Assembly: GCA_021513715.1 (NCBI GenBank)
Contig: CP084167.1
Location: 1,664,001 to 1,728,000, forward strand
Origin: Candidatus Heimdallarchaeum endolithica
GTDB lineage: Archaea; Asgardarchaeota; Heimdallarchaeia; Heimdallarchaeales; Heimdallarchaeaceae
Direction: 5' to 3'
Length of the DNA stretch: 64,000 bases
Shown piece by piece: positions 50,696 to 61,000 of the stretch. The notes beneath the pieces were generated by a model, which saw only the letters and a list, made by a program, of their open reading frames with translations, ran no database searches and was not told where the DNA came from. Made by a program: the position numbers and the translations under genes. Position 1 is the first letter of the stretch. Each line of letters opens with the position of its first letter.

Positions 50696-51598
50696 TTATA
50701 AGCTGTTTATAAAATAATTTAATCTTTGAAGAGCGAGTCTACTTTCAGGTAGCATTTTTCCAAAAAGAGTGAAACAATGTGTCATTTCTTCCCAGATATC
50801 GATTTTTATATCTACTCCAGATTCAAGAGCCTTTTTTGCAAATCTCACAGAATCATCAAGCAATATTTCAGAAGTTCCAACTTGAATAAATATCGGAGGT
50901 AATCCATGAAGTTCTCCAAACAAAGGAGAAACTAAAGGATTTCTGGGATTCTGCCCTTGTAAGTACATCTCTGCTGCAAACTCCAAATTCTTTTTTGATA
51001 ATTGGGGATCCTCATCTTCTTTAGTCAAAATAGATTCACCTGATAAAGTTAAATCAGTCCAAGGTGAAATACATATAGCTGCTCGAGGAAGAGGTTTTTT
51101 TATTGATTTCAGGTTAAGCATCGTAGATAGAGCCAAACCCCCTCCTGCAGAGTCACCCATTAGAATTACTTTATCTGGTTCAAGTTCCATATCACTTATC
51201 AATTCCAAATATGTTTTTGTTGCATCTTCAAGAGCTACTGGAAAAGGATACTCTGGAGCTAAACGATAATCTAGAAGTAACACTTGTGTTTCTGTCAGCA
51301 TTGAGAATCTTCCTGCAAAAGCTCTATGCGTTTTCGGAGATCCAATTACATAAGCTCCTCCGTGTAAGTATAAAATTGTATATTCAGATTTCATATAACC
51401 AATTTTAGTTGGATATAACCATTCTGCATATAAATTGTTTATTTGAGTTTGTTCAACACTTATTGTTTTTGGGACTTTTAAAATTGAAAGAGTTCTTTCT
51501 AAAATATGTCTTTTTCGTTCTACACTTCTATCTCCAGAAGATTTTACAGGCAGAGAACGTAAAAGGTTTAACAAAATTTTTGCTTTACGACTAACCAC
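50696..51598 (-). CDS. HSL-family alpha/beta hydrolase (esterase)
   Basis: LHGGAY, YRLAPE, GDSAGG, ISPWTD, EILLDD. Confidence 0.93.
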   Translation of the reverse strand: MVSRKAKILLNLLRSLPVKSSGDRSVERKRHILERTLSILKVPKTISVEQTQINNLYAEWLYPTKIGYMKSEYTILYLHGGAYVIGSPKTHRAFAGRFSMLTETQVLLLDYRLAPEYPFPVALEDATKTYLELISDMELEPDKVILMGDSAGGGLALSTMLNLKSIKKPLPRAAICISPWTDLTLSGESILTKEDEDPQLSKKNLEFAAEMYLQGQNPRNPLVSPLFGELHGLPPIFIQVGTSEILLDDSVRFAKKALESGVDIKIDIWEEMTHCFTLFGKMLPESRLALQRLNYFINSL

Positions 51599-51716
51599 AA
51601 TAATAGGAAATTATTACACAGAACATAAATGTTTTCTTTAAACATTTATGCAAAAAAACAACATATAACCTATAGTTAAGAAAAGATTTAAAGTTTAATA
51701 AAAATTAAAAACATCA

Positions 51717-52682
51717 ATGCCTCAAAAAATAGAAGATGTCTATGGAAATATAAAACAGTATATTAATAAAACGCCGGTAATGACATCTACAACACTAAAT
51801 AAATTAACTGAATCAAGTTGCTTTTTAAAGTGTGAGAATTTCCAAAAGATGGGTGCTTTCAAAATTAGGGGGGCAGTTAATGCTTTACTAAATTTAACTA
51901 AAAAACAAAAAGATAAAGGGGTAATAACACACAGTTCTGGAAATCATGCTCAAGCTTTATCACTTGCAGCTTCATTTTTTAATGTTAAAGCTACAATTGT
52001 TATGCCTGAAAATGCACCAAAGGTTAAAATTGAAGCAACAAGAAATTACGGTGGAGAAGTTATTTTTTGTGGGAACAAACCATTAGATAGAGAAAAGAAA
52101 ACAGAAGAATTAATTAAGCAACACGATTATACATTAATTCATCCTTCAAATAATTGGAACATTATTCGTGGAGCAGGAACAGCATCCTATGAATTGATAC
52201 ATGAGACCCGAGATCTAGATTATATTTTTGCTCCTGTGGGAGGAGGAGGGCTATTAAGTGGAACATCTTTAGCAGTTAAAGAATTATCTGAAAAAACAAA
52301 GGTGATTGGTGTTGAACCAGAAAACGCTGACGATGCATTTAGGTCAATAAGAGATAATAGGATATATCCATCAACAAATCCTAATACAATAGCAGATGGC
52401 CTTAGAACTTCATTAGGAAATATCACTTTTCCTATAATCAGAGACAATGTTCATAAAATCATTCTAGTATCAGAAGAGGAGATAGTCAAAGCTATGGAGT
52501 TTCTATGGACTCGAATGAAATTAGTTGTTGAGCCCTCAGGTGCTGTTTCATTAGCAGGATTATTAAAACAAAAAGAAAGTATAAGAAACAAACGTGTAGG
52601 AGCAATCATTTCAGGTGGAAATATTGATTTGACCGATTTCTTTGCCAAATTCAAGGGAGTGGAAAACAATTCAAAACAGTGA
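51717..52682 (+). CDS. PLP-dependent serine/threonine dehydratase / serine racemase family
   Basis: KCENFQKMGAFKIRGA, SSGNHAQ, GGGGLLSG, VEPSGA, SGGN; no ACT domain. Confidence 0.92.
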   Translation: MPQKIEDVYGNIKQYINKTPVMTSTTLNKLTESSCFLKCENFQKMGAFKIRGAVNALLNLTKKQKDKGVITHSSGNHAQALSLAASFFNVKATIVMPENAPKVKIEATRNYGGEVIFCGNKPLDREKKTEELIKQHDYTLIHPSNNWNIIRGAGTASYELIHETRDLDYIFAPVGGGGLLSGTSLAVKELSEKTKVIGVEPENADDAFRSIRDNRIYPSTNPNTIADGLRTSLGNITFPIIRDNVHKIILVSEEEIVKAMEFLWTRMKLVVEPSGAVSLAGLLKQKESIRNKRVGAIISGGNIDLTDFFAKFKGVENNSKQ

Positions 52683-54208
52683 AAGTTATGGAAGAATCTT
52701 CAAAAAAGCCAATTGCATTTATACCTACACCAAAAGAGATAGCTTCTCTAATGGTTTCTTTGATAACAAAATCTAAAACTGACAGTATATTAGATCCAGG
52801 ATGTGGAAAAGGTATTTTCATTGAATGTTTAAAGGAACAAAACTTCACCAACATAACAGGGGTAGAATTAAACAAAGAGTTGTACAATTTTTGTAAAAAT
52901 AAATTATCGCAAAGTATTATCATTAACAACGATTTTCTAGATTTAAGCGAAAATAACAAATTTGATGTAATCATTGGTAACCCTCCTTATACCCATTATA
53001 ACTCTCTTCCTACAAGTATGAAAGAAAAAGTTTATTCAATTACGAAAACAAGAGAAACAGATATCTATTATGCTTTTATCATAAAAGCTGTAAAATTATT
53101 GAAGGATGAAGGCGAACTTATTTTTATTGTACCATATAGCTTTTTTTATAATACATTTGCAAAAACAGTAAGAGAGATTCTTGCAAAAAATGGATTCTTT
53201 GAACTAATAATAGATTTAGACGAAGTAAATTTATTTGAAGGGGAGTTGCCAGAAACAATAATATTTAAGTTTAAGAAGGTAAAGGAGAAAAGAGATACAA
53301 TCATTCTAAAAATTAAAACAAGACTAGCAAAACCAGCACGAGTCACTGAAAAAGCATTAGAGAGTTTAGAAAAAAGGAGAGAAAATGAACTATTTTCCTA
53401 TTTCATAAAAAAGTTTGATTATAAATCAGAAACATGGTCAACTTTCCCATATATTGAGGTCAGTTTTTTTAACAGACTATCAGAATTAGCTTTTGTTGGA
53501 GTAGGAATGGTTTCAGGTTATGATAAAGCCTTTAGACTAGAAGAAAAAACAATCAAATTACTAAATGATGAAGAACAAAAAAGAGTTTTTCCATTTGTAA
53601 AAGGAGAAAACTGTAAGGGTTATTTTATTCAGGGATGCGTATATTATTTCCTACTTGATAGCAGCATAAAATCAGAGGAAGAGCTAAGTAAAAAATATCC
53701 AAATTTTTATTCTATAATTTTGTCTTCTAAAGAGAATATGATTAAAAGGTATTTACCTAAAAACAGAAAATGGTTTCATTGGCAAGCTCTTAGAAACTAT
53801 GAAACATACAGAAAGAGATTAGATGCGCCCAAGATTTTTGTTCCTACATTAGATAGAAGTAAGATAAACCGTTTCAGTCTTACCTATGAGAAATTCTTTC
53901 CTTCAGGAGATGTTATTACAATCATTCCTTACAAAGATGTTGATCCTTTTTTTCTTCTAGGTTATTTGAATAGTGACTTCTTTAGGAGATATTATTTTTC
54001 ATATGGAGGAAAAAGAGGAAACAGAGTTTCGTATACACAACGGTTATTATCCAACGCTAAAATACCCAAATTTTCTGAGAAAATAAGAAAAATAATTTCA
54101 TCTGAATCCAAAAAGATCTTTAATCAAAAGTCATTTCAAGATTGTAGGGAAAAAATAGAAAAAACCATACTCAAATCTTTCGAGGAAAATCTTTTTGATT
54201 CAGTATAG
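52679..54208 (+). CDS. Amino (probably N6-adenine) DNA methyltransferase, TaqI/Eco57I-like, with C-terminal TRD
   Basis: TP..IA..M, LDPGCGKG, IIGNPPY, D.YYAF, FLLGYLNS. Confidence 0.88.
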   Translation: MKVMEESSKKPIAFIPTPKEIASLMVSLITKSKTDSILDPGCGKGIFIECLKEQNFTNITGVELNKELYNFCKNKLSQSIIINNDFLDLSENNKFDVIIGNPPYTHYNSLPTSMKEKVYSITKTRETDIYYAFIIKAVKLLKDEGELIFIVPYSFFYNTFAKTVREILAKNGFFELIIDLDEVNLFEGELPETIIFKFKKVKEKRDTIILKIKTRLAKPARVTEKALESLEKRRENELFSYFIKKFDYKSETWSTFPYIEVSFFNRLSELAFVGVGMVSGYDKAFRLEEKTIKLLNDEEQKRVFPFVKGENCKGYFIQGCVYYFLLDSSIKSEEELSKKYPNFYSIILSSKENMIKRYLPKNRKWFHWQALRNYETYRKRLDAPKIFVPTLDRSKINRFSLTYEKFFPSGDVITIIPYKDVDPFFLLGYLNSDFFRRYYFSYGGKRGNRVSYTQRLLSNAKIPKFSEKIRKIISSESKKIFNQKSFQDCREKIEKTILKSFEENLFDSV

Positions 54209-54241
54209 TAATTATTTTAAATAAAAACACATTGTGCCTAT

Positions 54242-54883
54242 ATGACCTCTAGAACTTCAACAAACGGTCTATTTTTAGTCATTGAAGGAATCGATGGTGT
54301 AGGTAAAACTACTCAAGCGAAGAAGCTAGTTGAGTTCCTAAAGTCCAAGAAATTAAAAGCCGAATATACTACTGAGCCCACTCATTGGAGTATTTATGGA
54401 AAAAAATTGAGAGAAAGTTTTTTTGCTCCAGAAAGATTATCAGTTGAAGAAGAATTTAGACTTTTTTTGGAAGATAGAAAAGAACATATTGCGAAGGAGG
54501 TTTTACCTCTTATAGAGCAAGGAATAATAGTTGTATGTGACAGGTATTATTTTTCATCTGCTGCATATCAGGGATCTAGAGGATTAGATTGGAAATATAT
54601 TTTACAAGAAAATATGAAAGTTGTTTTTTCTCCAGACATAACATTCTTAATTGACATCCCTGTAGAAAAAGCAATTGAAAGAATTGCTAATGGACGAGCA
54701 GGAAAAATTAATACATTTGAAAAAAGAGAAAATCTCATCAAAGTCAGGAAAATCTATCAAGAAATTGCCCAAGAGTTCAGTGAGTTAATAACAGTTATAG
54801 ACGGAAATTACAGTATAGACACAGTTCACGAGTTAATAATTGAACACTTAAAACCTAAACTCTTTGAAAAAAACTTAATTTAG
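54242..54883 (+). CDS. tmk: Thymidylate kinase
   Basis: EGIDGVGKTTQ, TTEP, CDRYYFSSAAYQG. Confidence 0.96.
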   Translation: MTSRTSTNGLFLVIEGIDGVGKTTQAKKLVEFLKSKKLKAEYTTEPTHWSIYGKKLRESFFAPERLSVEEEFRLFLEDRKEHIAKEVLPLIEQGIIVVCDRYYFSSAAYQGSRGLDWKYILQENMKVVFSPDITFLIDIPVEKAIERIANGRAGKINTFEKRENLIKVRKIYQEIAQEFSELITVIDGNYSIDTVHELIIEHLKPKLFEKNLI

Positions 54884-54962
54884 GTAATCTCGACGTCTAG
54901 TCTTTAAATTTCTTAAAAAGTTTCAAAAACAAAGCATTTTTAAATAAAAAGGAATGATGCTA

Positions 54963-55060
54963 TTTGAGGACTAATGAGTATAGGTGAATTTGTTCCGAAC
55001 TTGCAGTAGCAACATTGTTTTACTTAGGAGTAGGAACAACACCTCAAAGAGTCTTTTTTT
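54963..55060 (+). ncRNA. Putative structured RNA / leader upstream of proS
   Basis: Nested pairs AGGTG/CACCT, TTGTTCC/GGAACAA, TTGC/GCAA, TACT/AGTA and TTTGAGG/CCTCAAA, followed by T7. Confidence 0.5.
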
Positions 55061-55094
55061 CTATGAGAAAAAATATGAGAAGGATGTGAAATAG

Positions 55095-56531
55095 ATGTCA
55101 GTTTTTACAAAGAAAAAGGATGAACAATTCATGGCATGGTATCTTGATGTCATTCGAAGAGCAGAAATTGTAGATACTCGAACAGGAGTCAAAGGTGCTA
55201 ATGTACTCATGAGCAATGGATATGAAATTTGGAAAAGGATGCAAAACATCTTGGATGAGAAATTCTATGGAACCAATCATAAAACTATGATATTCCCTTT
55301 ACTAATTCCTGAAAAATTCTTAATGATGGAAAAAGAACACTTTGCAGGATTCGTTCCAGAAGTAGCTCTCGTTACTCACGCAGGAGAAAAAAAATTAGAA
55401 GAAAATTATGCTTTAAGGCCAACATCTGAAACTATAATGTATCACTTGTATAGTCAATGGATCAGAAGTTACACAGATCTACCTTTAAAAGTAAATCAAT
55501 GGTGCAATATTATTAGAATTGACACAAAAGACACTAGACCTTTACTTCGTGACAGAGAATTCTACTGGACAGAGGCCCACACGTGCCATGAAACAGCAGA
55601 AGAAGCAGAAGAACAAGTGAAAGAATCAATGTGGATTTATTCAACATTCTTTGATGAATGTTGCTTACCTTATTTAGTACTCAAGCGTCCAAAACATGAC
55701 ACTTTTCCGGGAGCAGAATATAGCGTAGCTTATGATTGTCCTCTCCCAGATGGAAAAAGTCTCCAAATAGGAACTACACACAATCTCGCACAAGGATTTA
55801 GCAAAGTATTTAAAATCAAATTTCAGAAAGCTGATGGAAAACATGATTTTGCTTATCAAACTTGTTATGGATTATCCACGAGAGTTATAGCTGCCGTAAT
55901 TGGTGTTCATGGTGATGATCGAGGGTTAATTTTACCTCCATATCTAGCACCAACCCAAGTAGCTATTATTCCAATTATATTCAAAAGCAAAGAAGAAAAA
56001 GTGCAAAAGATTAGTAAAGAATTATATGAGAAAATCAAGTTGTCTGGTATAAGGGTAATATTAGATGACGGGCCTAAAACTAGTGGTTGGAAATTTAATG
56101 AATATGAGCTTCGAGGGGTACCAATAAGAATAGAAGTAGGCCCACGAGATGTAGAAAAAGGTTCTGTGGTTATTGTTCGTCGTGATACAAAGGAAAAGAT
56201 CGAAGTCAAAAATGAAGATATGATAGAAGAGATACAAAAATTGTTTAAAGCAATTACTATAGAATTAAAACAAAGAGCCAAGGCCTTATTGAAAAAATCT
56301 GTTTCAACACTAGAAACTTTAGAAGAAATTGAAGAGAAATTCAGCACAAAAAAACCTGGTTTCATCAGAACAAACTGGTGCGGAAATAAGAAATGTGCTG
56401 AATATGTAAAAGAAAACTTCCGAGCTAATATTCTTGGTACAAAGTATGGTGAAGTAGAGCAAGTTTTTGGAGATTGCCCTGTTTGCGGTGAAAAAGCTAA
56501 ACATGTTGTGTATCTTTCAAGAACTTACTAG
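55095..56531 (+). CDS. proS: Proline-tRNA ligase (archaeal/eukaryotic type)
   Basis: LRPTSET, R.REFYW.EAHT, QIGTTHNL, GLILPP, C-terminal Zn site and terminal RTY. Confidence 0.97.
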   Translation: MSVFTKKKDEQFMAWYLDVIRRAEIVDTRTGVKGANVLMSNGYEIWKRMQNILDEKFYGTNHKTMIFPLLIPEKFLMMEKEHFAGFVPEVALVTHAGEKKLEENYALRPTSETIMYHLYSQWIRSYTDLPLKVNQWCNIIRIDTKDTRPLLRDREFYWTEAHTCHETAEEAEEQVKESMWIYSTFFDECCLPYLVLKRPKHDTFPGAEYSVAYDCPLPDGKSLQIGTTHNLAQGFSKVFKIKFQKADGKHDFAYQTCYGLSTRVIAAVIGVHGDDRGLILPPYLAPTQVAIIPIIFKSKEEKVQKISKELYEKIKLSGIRVILDDGPKTSGWKFNEYELRGVPIRIEVGPRDVEKGSVVIVRRDTKEKIEVKNEDMIEEIQKLFKAITIELKQRAKALLKKSVSTLETLEEIEEKFSTKKPGFIRTNWCGNKKCAEYVKENFRANILGTKYGEVEQVFGDCPVCGEKAKHVVYLSRTY

Positions 56532-56639
56532 TTCTTCACTTTCCTATTTTATTTTTAAAATCTGTGACAAACGATAGATTTTTTTGTTTGAAAGATAGTT
56601 TTTTAATATTAATACAGTAATTAAGAAAGGAAGAGTAAA

Positions 56640-57020
56640 ATGTCAATAAGTTTACCACCAGAAAAGAAAAAAGAATTAATTAAAATATTAAAACAAATTT
56701 CACAAGGTTGTGAATTGGAAGCTTTAGCAGTTGTAACAGATGAGGGAATTAAAGTAGCTTTTTTTGCTGAGAAAAGTGCAGACCCTGATTTACTCAGTGC
56801 TGTAAGCTCTGCTGTTCTTTCCACCGGAGAGATGGTTACAAAACAGCTTTCTCACGGTTTTTTGGAACAAGTATTAATCCGTGGTGCTAAAGGATTTACA
56901 ATCTTATCTAATTTAGATAACTATCTTTTAATTGGAGCTTCTAAGGATTTACACAGCGTTGGTTTAGCTATACAAGTAATAAGAAGACATAGCCCCACAA
57001 TCTCAGAATTGTTAAACTAA
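56640..57020 (+). CDS. Roadblock/LC7 (MglB/LAMTOR-like) protein
   Basis: LAVVTDEGI, LSAVSSAVLS.GE, GFLEQVLIRG..G. Confidence 0.9.
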   Translation: MSISLPPEKKKELIKILKQISQGCELEALAVVTDEGIKVAFFAEKSADPDLLSAVSSAVLSTGEMVTKQLSHGFLEQVLIRGAKGFTILSNLDNYLLIGASKDLHSVGLAIQVIRRHSPTISELLN

Positions 57021-57056
57021 AAAAATAAAATAATAGAACTGATTAGTAAAAGAGAG

Positions 57057-58043
57057 TTAATAAAAGAGGAAACTCTTCTCTATTTCCTCTTGGCTAAAAC
57101 CAGCATTAATTCCAACAATTATTCTAATAAGGTCAGAGATTTCTGCATACTTCATTTCAAAAAAGGCAATTAATATCTCAATATCAGTTGAGGATTTTTG
57201 ACGAAATATTTTTTTCCATTTTTTGATTTGGAAACGTTCAACAGCAAATTCTATGTCATGTAAAGGGATATCATCTTTTCCCATGTAGTCAGCAAATATT
57301 CTTTTGTATACTCCAAAGTTGTACATGCTTAAGACTTCAGGAATAGAATTTGATTCTAATGCTTTAGCAATAAATGTTGTTGGTTTAATATAACGATAGG
57401 GAGCAATCCCAAGATTAATACATCTACACACCCATATTATATTCTTCAAATTAACGTATATATCAAATTCACGGGAAATTATAGGGAGAATATAATATTC
57501 AAACTGATCTATTGCTGCGTCAACTGGTACAAAACGTCCTGTTTTCTGAAATTCAGAATAACCTTGTTCTAGTAATTGTTTAAAAGTTTGAATTTTTTCT
57601 GACTTAATGATATCAGCAATTGATGAGGAGGAAGTAAGAACTTTTTCATAATATTCATAGCTATATTTTCCCACAGGAGAAACTCTTTCTAATATCTCTT
57701 CATGAGGTTGTTTCATAAAAAGTCCACGGAGAATATATCGGATATTCTCTGCATGAAATCGTTGAGAATGAAGATCGATTATTTTTTTTGCTCTACTTGA
57801 ACCTTGTTTATAAAAAGTGCTTACAGTTCGAGCAAAATGATTTTTTAATTGTTTTGCAACTTCTGGCATCTCTGTAACGAAATTTATATCTTGAACGATT
57901 GAACCATATTGTGTTTGCCGAAAAGCAGCTTGTAGTTCTTTAAGATTAGAGGAGGATAGAAGAAAATTTATCTGGCTTCGGCTAAGTACCTTGCCTATTA
58001 TTCCATGAGCTCTTCCATATAGATATCCATCTCCTGAGAACAT
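57057..58043 (-). CDS. atpC: A/V-type ATP synthase subunit C (Vo d homolog)
   Basis: YLYGRAHG, T.YG, ENIRYILRG, EI.DL.RI..GI; coupled to atpI. Confidence 0.85.
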   Translation of the reverse strand: MFSGDGYLYGRAHGIIGKVLSRSQINFLLSSSNLKELQAAFRQTQYGSIVQDINFVTEMPEVAKQLKNHFARTVSTFYKQGSSRAKKIIDLHSQRFHAENIRYILRGLFMKQPHEEILERVSPVGKYSYEYYEKVLTSSSSIADIIKSEKIQTFKQLLEQGYSEFQKTGRFVPVDAAIDQFEYYILPIISREFDIYVNLKNIIWVCRCINLGIAPYRYIKPTTFIAKALESNSIPEVLSMYNFGVYKRIFADYMGKDDIPLHDIEFAVERFQIKKWKKIFRQKSSTDIEILIAFFEMKYAEISDLIRIIVGINAGFSQEEIEKSFLFY

Positions 58044-58044
58044 T

Positions 58045-61000
58045 TTATTCACCAGCAACAGTTGTGTATTGAATAAATTTGGTTTTCTCTAGTAATGGAG
58101 TATATTGGACACCTTCTCCTTTGTAGAATTTGGAAAAGAATTCTACCCAATGCAACCTCAGTGTCTGTAAGAATGAGAACATTCCTTCAATAGGTACAAT
58201 TACAACAAGTCCCCAAACAATGCCAACAAGCCAATAAATCCAAGAGGAAGCTAAAGCAGAGACGTTATGAGTATCAACACCAGCTAAAATATATGGAAGA
58301 CCACTCAAAATTGCATGGACTAGTAACATAGCTAAAATACGGCTAAAGGATAGTGTATTAGAGAATAGAGCAATGAGATGGTCTATAGCTTCCATGATCC
58401 CTTCTGTTCCTTCATGGAGATATTCGAAGAGGAAAACTAGAGGAATTGAAACTAAGGCAATAATTGTAAATATTGTAGAATAGGGTTTCGGTATACTAGG
58501 AAGTGCATTTCCTCCAATAAGTCGTGAAGTAGCGCCAGCACCCATTAAATTATACAAAACTGCAAAAAGTCCTACGTAAAAAATAGAAAGTATAATTGGA
58601 GAAACCCATGAAGCAACACCGTGACCATATTTTTTGTTTTCTATAAATCTTAACCAAATACCAAGTTGTATAAGTACAAAACCGATAGAAATGGAAAACA
58701 ATAAGAATAAGGGCACTTCTTTTGTAGGCTCAATTAAAGGCAACCATTCAATATGCAAAACATTTTCATAAATATGAGGTAGAAATACTTCATCACCTAG
58801 AAGTGCTCCAAATAGGAAACCGAAGATAATTGAAGAAAAACCAGAAAGAGTAAGTAACTCAGAACCTTTATACAGAAATCCAGACATTGATTCATCAGGT
58901 TCAATATTCTTTTTGTTTTTCTTATAAGTTAGAAACAATCCAATCAAGAAGAGAAGTATTCCATGTCCCACATCAGCGAACATTATACCAAATATCAAGG
59001 GAAAAGTAAATTGTATAATTTTGAAGGGGTCAACTTCATGAGTTGAAGGGATACCCATTCCATCAACTATTCCTCGAAAAACTTTAGTAACCTTATTTCC
59101 ATGTTTTGTCATAGAAGGATTCGTTAATGGTACTTTTTGTTTTTCAGACATAGTTATTGGAAAATCCAATTTTTCGGTTTCTTTCTTTAAGTCTTCAACC
59201 TTATCTTTAGGAACCCAACCCCAAATTGTTGTAGTAGTTTCATCAGTTTTACATTTTTCTTCTGTTTCCAACCTTTTAATTTCTGTTTCTATTAACTCTT
59301 CTAGTGCGAAGATTTTGTCTTCTACTTTCTCCCTAATTTCATCCAATTCATGTTCTTTATGTTCTATTTCAGTCTGAAGATTCGTGAGCTGACTTTCAAT
59401 AGATTCTGAAGATATCATGCTATAGTCAATAGATAACAGCTCAAAGGAATATTCTTCTAGAATTTGTTGTATAGACTTCTTATAGTCTATTAGAGACAAT
59501 ATATAGACAAAGACTGTGTCACTTTTTTCTGGTTGATCAACCTCAATGAAAACTAATTGCCCATCAGAAACTTCATTTAGGAAAAACTTTACAGCCTTAA
59601 CATTCTTTTTTGGGATATTCCCCAAAAAGGTGCAAGTTTCAAAATCTGGATCATCCAAGTATGGTTTAACATCAGAGCTTAAATAGGAATAAATAGGAAT
59701 GTATGTTTTTAATTCTGTTTCCTTCGCTTTTAATTCTTTAAGTTCGGAACTAAGATTTTCTATTTTTTCTCCATAATCTGCAATAAATTGCTCAACAAAA
59801 GATATAGCTTCATCATAGTTATCTTTTACAGCAATCTTAGAATCAGATATTGCTGGAGGAATAGATAATCCAAGGGCTTGTTTGTATCTGCTAATTTTGG
59901 AAGATAGTAAAGTTAAATTCTGTCTTTTTTGTTTTATGTCGTTTAAAATATCTTCTGACTGTCTTCCTATCTTCTCTTGATGAAGGATACCAGTGTTATG
60001 AATAAAGGAGATTAACTTACGTGTGTGCTCCTTTGGGACTTCCATTTTAACAAACTCTACATCCTTTGGAAATAAAGCTCCTCCCTTACTGTTACCTAAA
60101 TGATGATAAGGAGGAATTTCTTTTTCAATTGTTTTTTCTTCTTTCAAAGTCAAAGAACCACGATCCTTGGAAATTTTTTTAGATTTTTTATATTTCAGAG
60201 GAACATCCCTCAATTGAGTGAGTTTAACAGGAAAAGGAAGCTCTTTGAGTTCCTTTTCGAGAATAAGATAATCATTGGGTTTAATCCAACCCCAAAGGGT
60301 AAAATTAGTTTCAGTTGTTCGACCCTGTTCTAGAATATCAAATAATTCAAGCATGAGATTAATAGAAGTAAGAAAATGCAAAAGAGTCTCACGATGTTCA
60401 TCACGCAATTCTGAAATTTGAGATAAAATTTCATCGTGCTTTTCGTGCAGAAAGTCATGTACGTTAGCTACTGTAAGCTTGCTAGTTTCTTCATCACTGA
60501 ACATGTCGGCAAAAACAGAAAGCTCAAAATCTATTGAGGAAAAATAGAAATCTTCAAGAATAGTCGAAACCTCATCTTGATATTCTTGAGGGGTGAGAAT
60601 AAAAACCAAACGAAAATCAGGGTCAGATGATTCAATACTCCAAAAGTAATAAAGACCTTTAGTTATCTCATCGATATAGAAGGAGATAACTTCCTCATAC
60701 GAATGATGAATTTCTCCAACGATAGAAAAGGTGGAAGGTCCAGGAGAAAGTAAATCTAAAGAGATATCAGCATTCTTAAATTTATGCCGAAAATAATGAA
60801 GTTTATCAGCAATTAGATGTTTCTTTGTTAAAGAACGATTTTCTTCAAAAAGAGAGATATAAGAAGTTTCATGTGTGTCTAAGAAAGATTTTAGTTCGGA
60901 GAGAAATCTAGAAGCATCAAAAACATCAGAGTAGTTTTTTTCCGAATATAAATAAACATTAGAAAGATCTAGATCTAGTTCTTGTGAAATGGTAGTAAAA

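Noticed and set aside
54950-55000. CTAATGAG / ATGA..AA..GA resembling a hammerhead core, C/D box or SECIS
   Set aside because: Hammerhead G5 and GAAA are missing, there is no CTGA D box, and SECIS spacing does not fit; kept only as a generic structured RNA.
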